Part shown: piece after piece, positions 8,933 through 19,473 of the stretch
Layout: every line of letters begins with the position of its first letter
Numbering within the stretch: the first letter of the stretch is position 1
From: Gemmatimonadales bacterium
GTDB taxonomy: Bacteria; Gemmatimonadota; Gemmatimonadetes; Gemmatimonadales; GWC2-71-9
Length of the DNA: 64,000 nucleotides
NCBI GenBank assembly: GCA_965249575.1
Contig: OZ252244.1
Coordinates: forward strand, 3,232,001-3,296,000
Direction: 5' to 3'
Position numbers and translations under genes: made by a program
The notes under the pieces: model-generated
Databases searched by the model: none
Told to the model about the DNA's origin: nothing
The model's input: only the letters and a program-made list of their open reading frames with translations

Positions 8933-11227
8933 ATGCCCTTCACGTCACGACACCGGCACGACCTGCTGGCCATCGTGGCTCTTCTCCTCGGGATCTTCGT
9001 CGGACTCTCACTTCTGCCCCTGGGGCTGACTGGCCCGTTGGGCAGCAGCGCAGGGCGCTCGCTGTGGAACTACCTCGGGTTCGGAGCGGTGCTCATTCCC
9101 GTGTTGGGCCTGAGCGTGGCGCTCGCGGGCTTCGGACGCCTGCCGGCGCTCAGCCTGTGGCGGGCAGCGGCGTTGTGCGGCGGCCTGATCATTCTCGTGC
9201 CATTCGCCATCGGCGTGGGCATGGGCATCAGCTCAATCGCCGACCTCCCCCCGAGCTACGAGGATTGGTCGGTCAGCGAGCGGCTGGTGGGGTTAGTCCC
9301 CGCCCTATTGGCAGTGGGCGTTACAGCAACGGTTGGCACAGCTGGGGCCGTCATCGTGGGGCTGATCGCGCTTTCCGGGCTGACGATGACCACGCTGGAC
9401 TGGCACCCATTCAAGCGGCTGGCACCGCGGGGCGCGCAAGAGCTCCTCGGGGACTCCTTCGATCGGCCGAGCCAGGGCGGCGCCGTCCAGGCGCGGCCGG
9501 GCGGGTCGTGGACCGAGGAGATCGACCCGGACGAACCCCCGAGACGGAACGGGATGGAAGGGTCTCGGGTGCGGCCGGGATTGCTGCCGGGTCGGCGGCG
9601 GTCGGACGGCTCCGGACGATTGGCCGTAGGGGAGGCGGCCGCAGACGAGCTGCCCCCGCTCGATCTGTTGGCCGCTCCCCGCCGCGACAGCGGTAGCGCA
9701 GGCGAGGCGGAGCTGGATGAGCTTGGCGAGGTGTTGGTTTCGACCCTCGCCACGTTCAAGGTCGAGGGGAAGGTCGTGGGACGCACCACCGGGCCCGTTG
9801 TCACCCAGTACGAGATCGCGCCGGGCTCCGGGGTCAAAGTGGGGAGGATCTCGTCCCTCGCTGACGATCTCGCCCTCGCGATGCGAGCCCAGTCGATACG
9901 CATCGTGGCGCCGATCCCGGGGCGAGGTGCGGTTGGTGTGGAGGTGCCGAATCCGAAACCGCGGATCGTGACGCTCCGCGAGCTCATCGAGGCACCGGAA
10001 TGGGACCGGTCGCGCTCGAGTCTCCCGATTGCCTTGGGACGCGATCTGGAGGGGAACCCCGTCGTGGCGGATCTCGCGAAGATGCCGCACTTGCTGATCG
10101 CGGGCGCCACAGGATCCGGAAAGTCCGTTTGCATCAATACCATCGTTACGAGCCTCATCTATCACTACACTCCGCACCTGCTCCGGATGCTCATGATCGA
10201 TCCGAAGATGGTCGAGCTCTCTTCCTACAACGCGCTCCCGCACCTGCGCCACCCGGTGGTCACGAATAACCACGACGCGGCTCAGACGCTCAAATGGGCC
10301 GTGATCGAAATGGAGCGTCGATACGAGCTGTTTCACGCCAATGCGTGCCGCAACCTGCACGACTTCAACCGGAAGGTCGTTGACGGAAAAGAGCTGTTCG
10401 GGCCCCTGGAGGCCGAGCCTGATCGAAAGGATCCTGGACGCGACGGCGTCGCGAGCGGAGCGCAGCGAGCGCTGTTAGGTGCCTATGGCGACGGCTTGCT
10501 CCCGTACGTCGTAATCATCGTAGACGAACTCGCCGATCTGATGATGACCGTCCAGGGTGAGGTGGAAACTCCTCTCGCCCTGCTGGCGCAAAAGGCACGG
10601 GCCACCGGGATCCATCTCATTCTCGCGACGCAACGTCCCAGCGTGAACGTGATTACTGGTCTCATCAAGGCGAACTTCCCAAGCCGCATCGCGTTCCGGG
10701 TGGCCTCCAAGGTCGATAGCCGGACGATCCTCGATCAGAATGGCGCCGAGGCGTTGCTGGGCAACGGCGATATGCTGTTCCTCCCGCCGGGAAAGAGTGA
10801 GCCGATCCGTGTCCAGGGCGCGTTTGTCGGCACGGAGGAGACGGAGGTCGTCACCGGCTGGTATCAGGATCGGAAGACGGCGTCCGACGACGCGCTGCGC
10901 GCACAGGGCCTGATCACGCCGGACGCACTCGAGGAAGACATCCTGACGGTGGTGCGCGCGAAGGAAGCAGCCGATCAGGACGTGGAGGAACCAAGATCGG
11001 CGGAGGGCGGTGAGCGGGACGCCCTATTCCGGGACGCGGCCGAAGTGTGCCTCCATCATCAGCTGGGCTCGACATCCCTCCTGCAGCGTAAGCTGAGGAT
11101 TGGCTATGGCCGCGCGGCGAGGATCATCGATCAGCTCCAGGACGCAGGCATCCTTGGACCACCGGACGGCTCTAAGCCCCGGGAGGTCCTGATAGGCGGC
11201 TCGCAGCTGGAGGAGTTCTGTGGGTGA
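8933..11227 (+). CDS. ftsK: DNA translocase FtsK/SpoIIIE
   Basis: N-terminal TMs; MPHLLIAGATGSGKS, IDPKMVEL, IVDELADLMM, LATQRPSV; gamma domain LQRKLRIGYGRAARIID. Confidence 0.96.
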   Translation: MPFTSRHRHDLLAIVALLLGIFVGLSLLPLGLTGPLGSSAGRSLWNYLGFGAVLIPVLGLSVALAGFGRLPALSLWRAAALCGGLIILVPFAIGVGMGISSIADLPPSYEDWSVSERLVGLVPALLAVGVTATVGTAGAVIVGLIALSGLTMTTLDWHPFKRLAPRGAQELLGDSFDRPSQGGAVQARPGGSWTEEIDPDEPPRRNGMEGSRVRPGLLPGRRRSDGSGRLAVGEAAADELPPLDLLAAPRRDSGSAGEAELDELGEVLVSTLATFKVEGKVVGRTTGPVVTQYEIAPGSGVKVGRISSLADDLALAMRAQSIRIVAPIPGRGAVGVEVPNPKPRIVTLRELIEAPEWDRSRSSLPIALGRDLEGNPVVADLAKMPHLLIAGATGSGKSVCINTIVTSLIYHYTPHLLRMLMIDPKMVELSSYNALPHLRHPVVTNNHDAAQTLKWAVIEMERRYELFHANACRNLHDFNRKVVDGKELFGPLEAEPDRKDPGRDGVASGAQRALLGAYGDGLLPYVVIIVDELADLMMTVQGEVETPLALLAQKARATGIHLILATQRPSVNVITGLIKANFPSRIAFRVASKVDSRTILDQNGAEALLGNGDMLFLPPGKSEPIRVQGAFVGTEETEVVTGWYQDRKTASDDALRAQGLITPDALEEDILTVVRAKEAADQDVEEPRSAEGGERDALFRDAAEVCLHHQLGSTSLLQRKLRIGYGRAARIIDQLQDAGILGPPDGSKPREVLIGGSQLEEFCG

Positions 11228-11305
11228 GGGGTGCGCGCGTAACTCCGCGCCAGGTCGCGACCTTTGGATGTCCGTCCCGCGGCGCGGCGCACTCATGTTC
11301 GGACC

Positions 11306-11707
11306 ATGGGTGTGCAAAGCGATCCCCTGGACTGGAGTGACCCCCGCCACATTCGCGGTTATGAAGGCGAACGGACAGCATGGCGATTCCTCGAGCGCAA
11401 AGGCTTTGCGGTGCTCGCTCACCGATTTCGCATGGGACGCCTCGAGATCGACCTCGTGGCGCGCCGGGGGTGCCTGGTTGCCTTTGTCGAGGTCAAGACC
11501 CGGCGGAGCCCGACCTATGGAAGTCCGCTCAAGGCGCTGACGTGGCGAAAGAAACGCGAAATCGCAAGGGTCGCTCAGGCGTGGGTCGATCGATCGGGAG
11601 CGCCAGGTGACACGTATCGTTTTGATTTGATTGGGGTTACGGTGCACTCTTCAGGAGCGCATCGAGTCGAGCACGTTCCGGACGCCTTTCGAGTGGGCTG
11701 GCGATAG
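11306..11707 (+). CDS. YraN/UPF0102 family protein
   Basis: [34 protein letters not shown]. Start could be 11264 or 11306. Confidence 0.88.
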   Translation: MGVQSDPLDWSDPRHIRGYEGERTAWRFLERKGFAVLAHRFRMGRLEIDLVARRGCLVAFVEVKTRRSPTYGSPLKALTWRKKREIARVAQAWVDRSGAPGDTYRFDLIGVTVHSSGAHRVEHVPDAFRVGWR

Positions 11708-11825
11708 ACGATTTTCGGCTTATATTCGGGTGTCGCCAGGTGGGCACGACCAGCGGGTGTGGCGCAATCTTGACCGGGCTGGCTTCCCTCGAATCCAACA
11801 ACACATTCCCTCCGACGAGGTTACC

Positions 11826-12869
11826 ATGGCCGTTGACGACAAGGCGCTCACAAGATCCGCCGACGATCGGCGTAAGGCACTTGACCTCGCCATTCAGCAG
11901 ATCGAAAAGACCTGCGGCAAAGGCTCCATCATGCGGATGGGGCAAGATTCGTGGGTCAAGGTCGACGCGATTCCCACCGGCGCACTCAATCTCGACGCCG
12001 CTGTCGGAGTCGGAGGTATCCCACGCGGCCGCATCACGGAGATCTACGGGCCGGAATCCAGCGGCAAAACGACGTTGGCCCTGCACGTGGCCGCGAACGC
12101 GCAACGCCTAGGGGGAGTGGCCGCGTTCATAGATGCGGAGCACGCCCTCGACGTCGAATATGCCAAGAAGCTCGGTGTCGATGTAGAGAATCTTCTCGTA
12201 TCGCAGCCGGATACGGGCGAGGAAGCCCTCGAGATTGCCGAAATCCTGGTGCGTTCCAGCGCTGTGGACGTCATCGTAGTCGACTCGGTGGCCGCGCTGG
12301 TCCCAAAGGCCGAGATCGAGGGCGACATGGGAGACTCGCACATGGGTCTGCAGGCTCGTCTCATGTCGCAGGCGCTGCGAAAACTCGCTGGCAGTATCAA
12401 CCGCTCTCGTACCTCAGTCGTCTTCATCAACCAGCTCCGCGAGAAAATCGGAGTGATGTTTGGCAATCCCGAGACGACGACGGGCGGCAGGGCGCTCAAG
12501 TTCTACTCGTCGGTCAGGCTGGACGTCCGGCGCATCGGTGCGGTCAAAGAGCGCGACGAAATCACCGGCAGCCGCGTCCGGGTGAAGGTCGTGAAGAACA
12601 AAGTTGCTCCGCCGTTTCGACAGGCGGAGTTCGACATCATGTTCAACGAGGGCATCAGCCATATCGCCTTGCTCGTGGACATGGCCGTGGAGGCCGGCAT
12701 CATAGAGAAGAGCGGTGCTTGGTATTCGTACGGCAAGGAGCGGGTGGGGCAGGGAAGGGAGAACGCGAAGCTCTACCTGAAAGACCACCCGGAAACGACT
12801 GCGGAAATCGAGACGAGAATCAAGGAATACCTCGGTATTCCGTCACTTCCCGTCCAAGAACAAGTCTAA
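11826..12869 (+). CDS. recA: Recombinase A
   Basis: [49 protein letters not shown] 11826 follows a GAGG RBS. Confidence 0.98.
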   Translation: MAVDDKALTRSADDRRKALDLAIQQIEKTCGKGSIMRMGQDSWVKVDAIPTGALNLDAAVGVGGIPRGRITEIYGPESSGKTTLALHVAANAQRLGGVAAFIDAEHALDVEYAKKLGVDVENLLVSQPDTGEEALEIAEILVRSSAVDVIVVDSVAALVPKAEIEGDMGDSHMGLQARLMSQALRKLAGSINRSRTSVVFINQLREKIGVMFGNPETTTGGRALKFYSSVRLDVRRIGAVKERDEITGSRVRVKVVKNKVAPPFRQAEFDIMFNEGISHIALLVDMAVEAGIIEKSGAWYSYGKERVGQGRENAKLYLKDHPETTAEIETRIKEYLGIPSLPVQEQV

Positions 12870-12903
12870 GCCGACCGGCCGGCAAGAGGACGGATCTCGT
12901 CCC

Positions 12904-13542
12904 GTGTCCGCGGTGATTGTGACGGCCGTCCGGGTTGACCCGCGATCGGCGGGCGCTGTGTCCGTCGAGGTAGACGGCCAGCGGGTCGCTACAGTGTCGG
13001 TCACAGTGGCCGACCGGCTCGGTCTCAAGCGTGGTCACTCCCTGTCGGCCGGTCAGCTGGAGCAACTGCTCGAGGAGGCGGCGGTCGAGGCGGCTTACCG
13101 CGTGGCGGTCCGCATACTCGCGGCCCGCCCGCGAGCCCGGCGCGACCTGCTGCGACGCCTTACGGAGCGCGGTCACGAGCCGTCCCTGGTCGAACGGGCG
13201 GTTGCGCGGCTAGAATCCGCCGGCGTCGTCGACGACGATGAATTCGCCCGTCATTTCGTGCGCGTGCGGGCTCCGCGAGGTTATGGCCCCAGCCGGCTCC
13301 TTACCGACCTGCTCGCGCGGGGTGTTGATCGACGTGTCTCCGAACGCGCGGTGGCGGAGGTCAGTCATGCCGAGGGGACGGATTCCGAGACGATGGCCCG
13401 CTCACTCGCGGAGAAACGTGCCCGGCAACTCGGGTCGCTGGCCACGAAGCGCAAACAGCAGCGGCTCCTCGCCTACCTGGCGCGGCGCGGCTACCGGGGG
13501 CGCGCCGTTCGCGAAATGGTTGCGGAGATCGTGAGCGACTAA
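12904..13542 (+). CDS. recX: Regulatory protein RecX
   Basis: Directly after recA; VDDDEFARHF, GPSRLLTDLLARGV, LAYLARRGY. Confidence 0.88.
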   Translation: MSAVIVTAVRVDPRSAGAVSVEVDGQRVATVSVTVADRLGLKRGHSLSAGQLEQLLEEAAVEAAYRVAVRILAARPRARRDLLRRLTERGHEPSLVERAVARLESAGVVDDDEFARHFVRVRAPRGYGPSRLLTDLLARGVDRRVSERAVAEVSHAEGTDSETMARSLAEKRARQLGSLATKRKQQRLLAYLARRGYRGRAVREMVAEIVSD

Positions 13543-13601
13543 CACCCAGGCCCTCCTCAAAGTCCTGCCCCCTCCGTCTCGGTTTGGTTAGGTTACACGG
13601 T

Positions 13602-16217
13602 ATGAAGTCCAGTGACATACGCTCGTCGTTCGTGGACTACTTCGCGTCCCGAGGGCACGAAATCGTGCCCTCGTCGTCGCTGGTGCCGGCTGATGACCCA
13701 ACCCTCCTGTTTACCAACGCCGGCATGGTGCAATTCAAGCGAGTCTTCCAGGGACTGGAGCGTGGTGACTATAGTCGCGCCGTGACGTCGCAGAAATGCG
13801 TCCGCGCCGGCGGGAAGCATAACGATCTCGAACAGGTCGGACACACGGCGAGGCACCACACGTTCTTCGAGATGCTCGGCAACTTCAGCTTTGGGGACTA
13901 CTTCAAGAAAGAGGCGATCGAGTACGCCTGGGAGTGGGTGACCGGCGAGCAGTATATGGGCATCGATCCGGACCGGCTCTATGTGACGGTGCACCACACC
14001 GACACCGATGCCAGGCACCTGTGGCACCGAGTGACTGGGATCGACGAGTCGCGGGTCTACGGTCTGGGTGACGCAGACAATTTCTGGCAAATGGGGGACA
14101 CCGGACCGTGCGGGCCGTGCTCCGAGATCTACGTGGATTTACGAAGCCCCGGTCACCGGTCAGACAGCGGCGGACTCACGACCGAACGGTTTGAGGTGCT
14201 TGCCGAGGCCGGCGATTTACTCGAAATCTGGAACCTGGTGTTCATGCAGTTCGACCAGGCGCCGGACGGTTCCCGAACCCCACTGCCCGCTCCCTCGGTG
14301 GATACCGGAGCGGGGCTCGAGCGGATCGCTGCGGTGATGCAGCAAGTCGACTCCAACTTCCACACCGACCTCTTCACCCCGATTCTCACCAGGGCGTCTG
14401 ACGTCATCGGACGCGAGTACGACCCAGGTGCGAACGGCGCCGGGTTCCGTGTCCTCGCCGATCACGCGCGGGCCGTAGCCTTCCTGCTCGCCGATGGGGT
14501 GTATCCAAGCAGGGAAGGACGCGGATACGTTTTGAGGCGCATCCTCCGTCGTGCGGTCCGTCACGCCTATCTCCTCGGTCGCACCGAGCCGACGCTCGTG
14601 CACCTAGCGCGGGTAGTCGTCGAGCAGATGGGTGAGTGGTATCCCGAGCTGCGCCGCCGCGGCGACCACATCGAGAGCGTTACCCGTGCGGAGGAGGAGG
14701 GGTTTCTCGAGACCGTTGAGGACGGTCTCAGGCGCCTGGAGGAGTTGACGGCTGGTGATGGCGGCGTGGTCTCCGGAGCCGAGGCCTTCAAGCTCCACGA
14801 CACGTACGGGTTTCCGATTGATCTCACCCAAATCGTGGCGGGCGAGCGAGGCTGGTCCGTCGACCTCCGGGCGTTCGAGACGGCGCTGGCAGGGCAGCGA
14901 AAACGCTCGCGGCGTGTGGAGGTTGCGAACGCGACGGTTCGACGGCGAGGTGGGTTCAAGCGGGTAAAGCCGAGGGTCCGCCAGAAGTTCGTCGGGTACG
15001 ATACTACCCGCGCCGAGACGGAAATCATCGCGTTTCGCAAGGGGAATGGGCAGCTCGAGCTCGTCCTCCACCACAATCCGTTCTACGCGGAGGCCGGGGG
15101 CCAGGTTAGTGACACCGGTCTTGTCAAAGGGGAGGGGTGGGAGCTGCCGGTTGGGGATGTGGTCCGGGTTAACGGACTGCACGCGGTCGTCGGGCCGTAC
15201 GCGCAGGATTTCGAGCCGACCCCGGTTGAGGCGATCGTGGCGGAGCGGCGGCGCCATGACATTGAGCGCAATCATACGGCGACCCATCTGGTCCATGCGG
15301 CCCTGCGGGCGGTTCTAGGTGATCATGTGCGCCAGGCCGGGTCGGTGGTAGCGCCTGAGCGTCTGCGCTTTGACTTCTCCCATCACGCCCCCGTGGGCGA
15401 AGCCGATCTTCGTGCCATCGAGGAGCGGGTGAACGAGGGAATCTGGCTCAACGAAGACATCGTGACGTACGAGCTCCCCTATGCCGAGGCGCTGGGTCGC
15501 GGGGCGATGGCGTTGTTCGGTGAGAAGTACGGCGACAGGGTTCGGGTCGTCGAGGTCCCCGGGATCTCAGTCGAGCTGTGCGGCGGGACCCACGTCCGGA
15601 CGACAGGGCAGATCGGGCTCTTCCAGTTCACCGGAGAGTCCGGGGTAGCGGCGGGTGTACGGCGTATCGAAGCCGTAACGGGCCCAGGGGCCTACGCCAC
15701 CGTGCGTCAGAACGACGGCCGCCTCACCACCGCCGCACAGGCGCTCAAAACCACGCCCGAACACGTTGGTCGCCGCATCGACGGTCTGCTCGAGGACAAG
15801 CGGCGACTCGAAAAGCGGGTGGAGGACCTGCTGAAGCAGGGGGGTGCAGCAGGCGGGGCGTTTGAGAGCCGGATGCTCGGCGACGTGACCCTCTGGGTGG
15901 GGGCCCTACCGGTAGAGGATCGTGCGCAGGTGGGACTCATCTTGGATGCCAAGCGAGGGCAACACTCCAGCCGCGCGATTTTCGTGGCGACGACCCAGGG
16001 GGATCGGCCGGCCGTTTACGTCGCAGTCACCGACGACCTCGTCGCCCGCGGAGTGAGGGCGGGGGAACTCGTCAAGGAGATCTCCGCGGTGAGCGGGGGG
16101 CGCGGGGGGGGCAGGCCCCACTTCGCGTCAGCGAGCGTAGGGGACCCCGCGCGGCTTTCACAAACGCTGGAAGCGCTGGACTCCATCGTTCAGAGCGCCC
16201 TCGGGGGTGAGGTCTGA
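13602..16217 (+). CDS. alaS: Alanine--tRNA ligase
   Basis: DPTLLFTNAGMVQFK, HHTFFEMLGNFSFGDYFK, GPCGPCSEI, editing HTATH and ELCGGTHV, GGRGGG C-terminus. Confidence 0.98.
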   Translation: MKSSDIRSSFVDYFASRGHEIVPSSSLVPADDPTLLFTNAGMVQFKRVFQGLERGDYSRAVTSQKCVRAGGKHNDLEQVGHTARHHTFFEMLGNFSFGDYFKKEAIEYAWEWVTGEQYMGIDPDRLYVTVHHTDTDARHLWHRVTGIDESRVYGLGDADNFWQMGDTGPCGPCSEIYVDLRSPGHRSDSGGLTTERFEVLAEAGDLLEIWNLVFMQFDQAPDGSRTPLPAPSVDTGAGLERIAAVMQQVDSNFHTDLFTPILTRASDVIGREYDPGANGAGFRVLADHARAVAFLLADGVYPSREGRGYVLRRILRRAVRHAYLLGRTEPTLVHLARVVVEQMGEWYPELRRRGDHIESVTRAEEEGFLETVEDGLRRLEELTAGDGGVVSGAEAFKLHDTYGFPIDLTQIVAGERGWSVDLRAFETALAGQRKRSRRVEVANATVRRRGGFKRVKPRVRQKFVGYDTTRAETEIIAFRKGNGQLELVLHHNPFYAEAGGQVSDTGLVKGEGWELPVGDVVRVNGLHAVVGPYAQDFEPTPVEAIVAERRRHDIERNHTATHLVHAALRAVLGDHVRQAGSVVAPERLRFDFSHHAPVGEADLRAIEERVNEGIWLNEDIVTYELPYAEALGRGAMALFGEKYGDRVRVVEVPGISVELCGGTHVRTTGQIGLFQFTGESGVAAGVRRIEAVTGPGAYATVRQNDGRLTTAAQALKTTPEHVGRRIDGLLEDKRRLEKRVEDLLKQGGAAGGAFESRMLGDVTLWVGALPVEDRAQVGLILDAKRGQHSSRAIFVATTQGDRPAVYVAVTDDLVARGVRAGELVKEISAVSGGRGGGRPHFASASVGDPARLSQTLEALDSIVQSALGGEV

Positions 16218-16234
16218 ACGAGCTCGATCGGTGG

Positions 16235-16495
16235 TTGCAGCCACGCCTCGCCGATGTGCCGGAGGTGCTGCGCTCCCGCATCGAGCGGGCGATCGCACAA
16301 CACCACGATTTTGAATCGTCGGAGGTGTCGGAGGCGCTGCGGCGGATAGGCGAGCGGATCCTGGCCGAGGCGCTGGCCGATCTCGACCGGGGCGGTGCGA
16401 TCACCCTGCTCGCCGCGGATGCCCTAGTGACCTACTCCTGCGAGGCGGTCGCCGAACGCGCGCCCCTTCGCTTGGGGCAGCTGGAGAGGCCGTGA
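16235..16495 (+). CDS. Small hypothetical protein
   Basis: Fills the gap after alaS in the same orientation; helical LLAADALVTYSCEA. Start uncertain. Confidence 0.55.
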   Translation: MQPRLADVPEVLRSRIERAIAQHHDFESSEVSEALRRIGERILAEALADLDRGGAITLLAADALVTYSCEAVAERAPLRLGQLERP

Positions 16496-16585
16496 GAGGC
16501 AGGGCATGGGGATCGGGAGCGGGGATGCTCGCCATGTGCACCGCTCAGTGAAGCAGATCCTTCGAGGTGCGGCCGCGCAGCTCAC

Positions 16586-17350
16586 GTGATCGACATTCAC
16601 TGTCATCTCCTGCCTGCCGTGGACGACGGGGCGCGCACCGTCGGTGAGGCTGTCGAGGTCCTGCGTCAATTCCGGAACGCAGGAGTCACCACGGTTATTC
16701 TCACGCCGCACCTTCGGGCGAGCGACATCGATGGAGACGGTGATGCGGCGCTCGTCCGACGGGCCGGGGCCCTGGCCGAGCTCGAGGCGGCTGCGCCCCC
16801 GATCCCCCGCCTGGAGGTTGGGTTCGAGATCATGCTGGATCAGACGCTCCCGGCGCGCGCCATATCTGATCGACGCTTTGCGCTTGGTGCTTCCCGCTAT
16901 TACTTGGTCGAGTTTCATCCTACGGTGGTCGGCGCCTTTGCGGTGCCGATTCTCCGTCGGATCGCGGATGGCGGAGCCATTCCCATCGTTGCGCATCCCG
17001 AGCGCTATGCGGCTTGTGCTCCGGACGTCATTCGGAGCTGGCGGGATGCCGGTGCCCGTGTGCAGGTGGACGCAACGACCCTGACCCGTAAGACGACCCG
17101 AGCGCAGCGTGCCCGAGCATTTCTCTCGGCGGGGCTGGTCGACGTCGTGGCGGCGGATAATCACGGGGATACCCGATCGATGGACACCGCCGTTCGATAC
17201 CTTCGAACGCGGTGGGCGAGTGACCAGATAACCCAGGTCACGACACTCAATCCGGCCGCGATCCTCGAGGACCGATCCATGCACGATGGCCGGCCCGCAC
17301 CCATCGACACGGGTTGGATGCGCCGCCTCCTCAGGATCGCCGGTTTGTGA
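16586..17350 (+). CDS. CpsB/CapC/YwqE-type PHP protein-tyrosine phosphatase
   Basis: MIDIHCHLLPAVDDGA, TPH, YYLVEF, IVAHPERY, AADNH. Confidence 0.92.
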   Translation: MIDIHCHLLPAVDDGARTVGEAVEVLRQFRNAGVTTVILTPHLRASDIDGDGDAALVRRAGALAELEAAAPPIPRLEVGFEIMLDQTLPARAISDRRFALGASRYYLVEFHPTVVGAFAVPILRRIADGGAIPIVAHPERYAACAPDVIRSWRDAGARVQVDATTLTRKTTRAQRARAFLSAGLVDVVAADNHGDTRSMDTAVRYLRTRWASDQITQVTTLNPAAILEDRSMHDGRPAPIDTGWMRRLLRIAGL

Positions 17351-17360
17351 GGTCGCCACG

Positions 17361-18110
17361 GTGTCGCTGATCGATCTGTCCGGTAAGGTCGCGATCGTAA
17401 CGGGTGGCTCCCGTGGCATCGGCCGGGCGACAGCGGCACTGCTCGACCACGCGGGGGCCACGGTGGCGGTCACCTTTCGTGAACGGCGGAGAGAGGCGGA
17501 AGAGGTCGTTCAGCGGATGCGTGGTACGGGCATCGCGATCCAAGCGGACCTTCGCCATGCGACGGAGAACGACCGGGTCATCGCCGAGACTACGGCGGCA
17601 CTTGGGAGGCTGGACATCGTCGTCGCCAATGCCGCGATCTGGCCCGTGGCCGACGTGCCCGTTGAGCGACTATCCGACGATCGGTGGCAGGCAACCCTGC
17701 AGACGAACATCGACTCTGTGTTCTTCGTTTGCCGGGCTGCATTGGGGATCCTGGAGGAGGGCTCTAGCATCGTGGCGGTCGCCAGCACCGCGGCGCAGCG
17801 CGGAGAGGCGCAGCATGCGGACTATGCCGCGAGCAAGGGTGCTGTTATCGCGTTCGTGAAGTCTCTGGCTGTCGAGGCCGCGCCGGGAGTGACCGTCAAC
17901 TGCGTGGCGCCCGGGTGGGTGGATACCGAGATGGCGTCCGCCTCGTACGAGGGCGATGGCCGGAGCCAGATCGAACGCGCGATACCTCTACGACGCGTCG
18001 CGACGCCCAAGGACATCGCGGGACCAATCGTGTTTCTGTGCTCCGGCCTCGCCAGACATGTGACCGGGGCGGTGCTCAGTGTTAACGGGGGGAGTGTACT
18101 GTGCGGCTGA
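17361..18110 (+). CDS. SDR family oxidoreductase (FabG-like)
   Basis: TGGSRGIG, VANAA, YAASK, VNCVAPGWVDT, VNGG. Confidence 0.9.
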   Translation: MSLIDLSGKVAIVTGGSRGIGRATAALLDHAGATVAVTFRERRREAEEVVQRMRGTGIAIQADLRHATENDRVIAETTAALGRLDIVVANAAIWPVADVPVERLSDDRWQATLQTNIDSVFFVCRAALGILEEGSSIVAVASTAAQRGEAQHADYAASKGAVIAFVKSLAVEAAPGVTVNCVAPGWVDTEMASASYEGDGRSQIERAIPLRRVATPKDIAGPIVFLCSGLARHVTGAVLSVNGGSVLCG

Positions 18111-18214
18111 CGCCTCGGGCTATCGGCACGCGTTGCTCGGACAGCGGCGGAGGCGCTCCATTGCTGCTGTGCCGTGCACCTAGCCCCCGATCGAGTCGGG
18201 CCGCCTAGCTTCCC

Positions 18215-19459
18215 GTGCGATTCCCCGGCGCGCTGGCGATACCTCCTCAAGTTCTTGAAATCGCGCGTACCCTCGAAGACGCTGGTTTTGAGACCTGGTG
18301 CGTCGGGGGTGCGGTGCGGGATAATCTGCTCGGTGTGGACAACGAGGACTTCGATCTTGCAACGGCGGCGCGCCCGGAGGATGTGGGGAGGTTGTTCCGG
18401 CGGAACGTCCCGATAGGCGTCGAGCACGGAACTGTTGCCGTGCTGGATCGCGAGAACACCCCGCACGAAGTCACCACGTTTCGACGAGACATCGAAACGG
18501 ATGGCCGACACGCGGTCGTGCAGTTCGGAGCGACTCTCGAGGACGACCTCGCACGTCGCGATTTCACGATCAACGCGATTGCGTATCACCCACTCCGAAA
18601 GGAGTGGCGCGATCCCTTCCGCGGAGCGGAAGATCTGAGTGCCGGGGTCGTTCGAGCGGTTGGAGATCCGGCGCAACGCTTTCGCGAGGATTACCTTCGT
18701 ATTCTCCGCGGCCTGCGCTTTGCGGCCCGGTTTGGATTCGCCATCGATCGGGCGACCTCGCACGCGGCCAAAGACTCGGTGGAGGGGTTGCGGTTGCTAT
18801 CCGCCGAGCGGGTCAGGTCGGAGTGGTTCAAGGGACTCTCGACGGCCCGCAGGCCGAGCGCCCTCGCGCGAGCGTGGCTCGAACTGGGGGCCGCGGCGAT
18901 CTGGCTGCCGGAGATCACTCTCTCCGGTGGCGAAGCGGAGGCGGGCGTGTCCGCCCTCGACCGCTTTTCGGGGCCTGACCCGGTGCTCCTCACCAGCTTT
19001 TTGTCAGACGATCCAGCGGCGACGCTCTTACGCCTCCGATGTGCGCGGGCGGAAGTTGAGCGGGCGCGTCGCATCGGGCGTTTCAGGGAGGGGAGGCCGG
19101 CCTCATCGTCCGACCCCGATGTCCGCCGGTGGATGGCAGAGTTGGGGAACACGGTGGACGACGTGCTGGCGATCCTGGCGGCAACTGGCGGGGCGGCCGA
19201 TCAGTGGACGGACGCCGTAACACGCATTCGAGAATCGCGGGCGCCCCTGGGCTTTGAAGACCTCGCCGTCACCGGGTCGGACCTTCTCGCCCTAGGGTAT
19301 CCAGAAGGTCCCCGGATCGGCCAAATCCTGAGAGCGCTCCTCAACGAGGTGCTGGAAGACCCGGCTCGAAACAACCGCGACTTTCTGCTGAGGTGGGCGC
19401 GAGATATTGGGGAACAGCTCTCGCCCGGGCCCAGAGATCCGAACGAGTTGGGGGCGTAA
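18215..19459 (+). CDS. cca: CCA tRNA nucleotidyltransferase (class II)
   Basis: VGGAVRD, DFDLAT, EVTTFR, DLARRDFTINA, RFREDYLRILRGLRF. Confidence 0.9.
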   Translation: MRFPGALAIPPQVLEIARTLEDAGFETWCVGGAVRDNLLGVDNEDFDLATAARPEDVGRLFRRNVPIGVEHGTVAVLDRENTPHEVTTFRRDIETDGRHAVVQFGATLEDDLARRDFTINAIAYHPLRKEWRDPFRGAEDLSAGVVRAVGDPAQRFREDYLRILRGLRFAARFGFAIDRATSHAAKDSVEGLRLLSAERVRSEWFKGLSTARRPSALARAWLELGAAAIWLPEITLSGGEAEAGVSALDRFSGPDPVLLTSFLSDDPAATLLRLRCARAEVERARRIGRFREGRPASSSDPDVRRWMAELGNTVDDVLAILAATGGAADQWTDAVTRIRESRAPLGFEDLAVTGSDLLALGYPEGPRIGQILRALLNEVLEDPARNNRDFLLRWARDIGEQLSPGPRDPNELGA

Positions 19460-19473
19460 GCCCGTGCCCTCGT

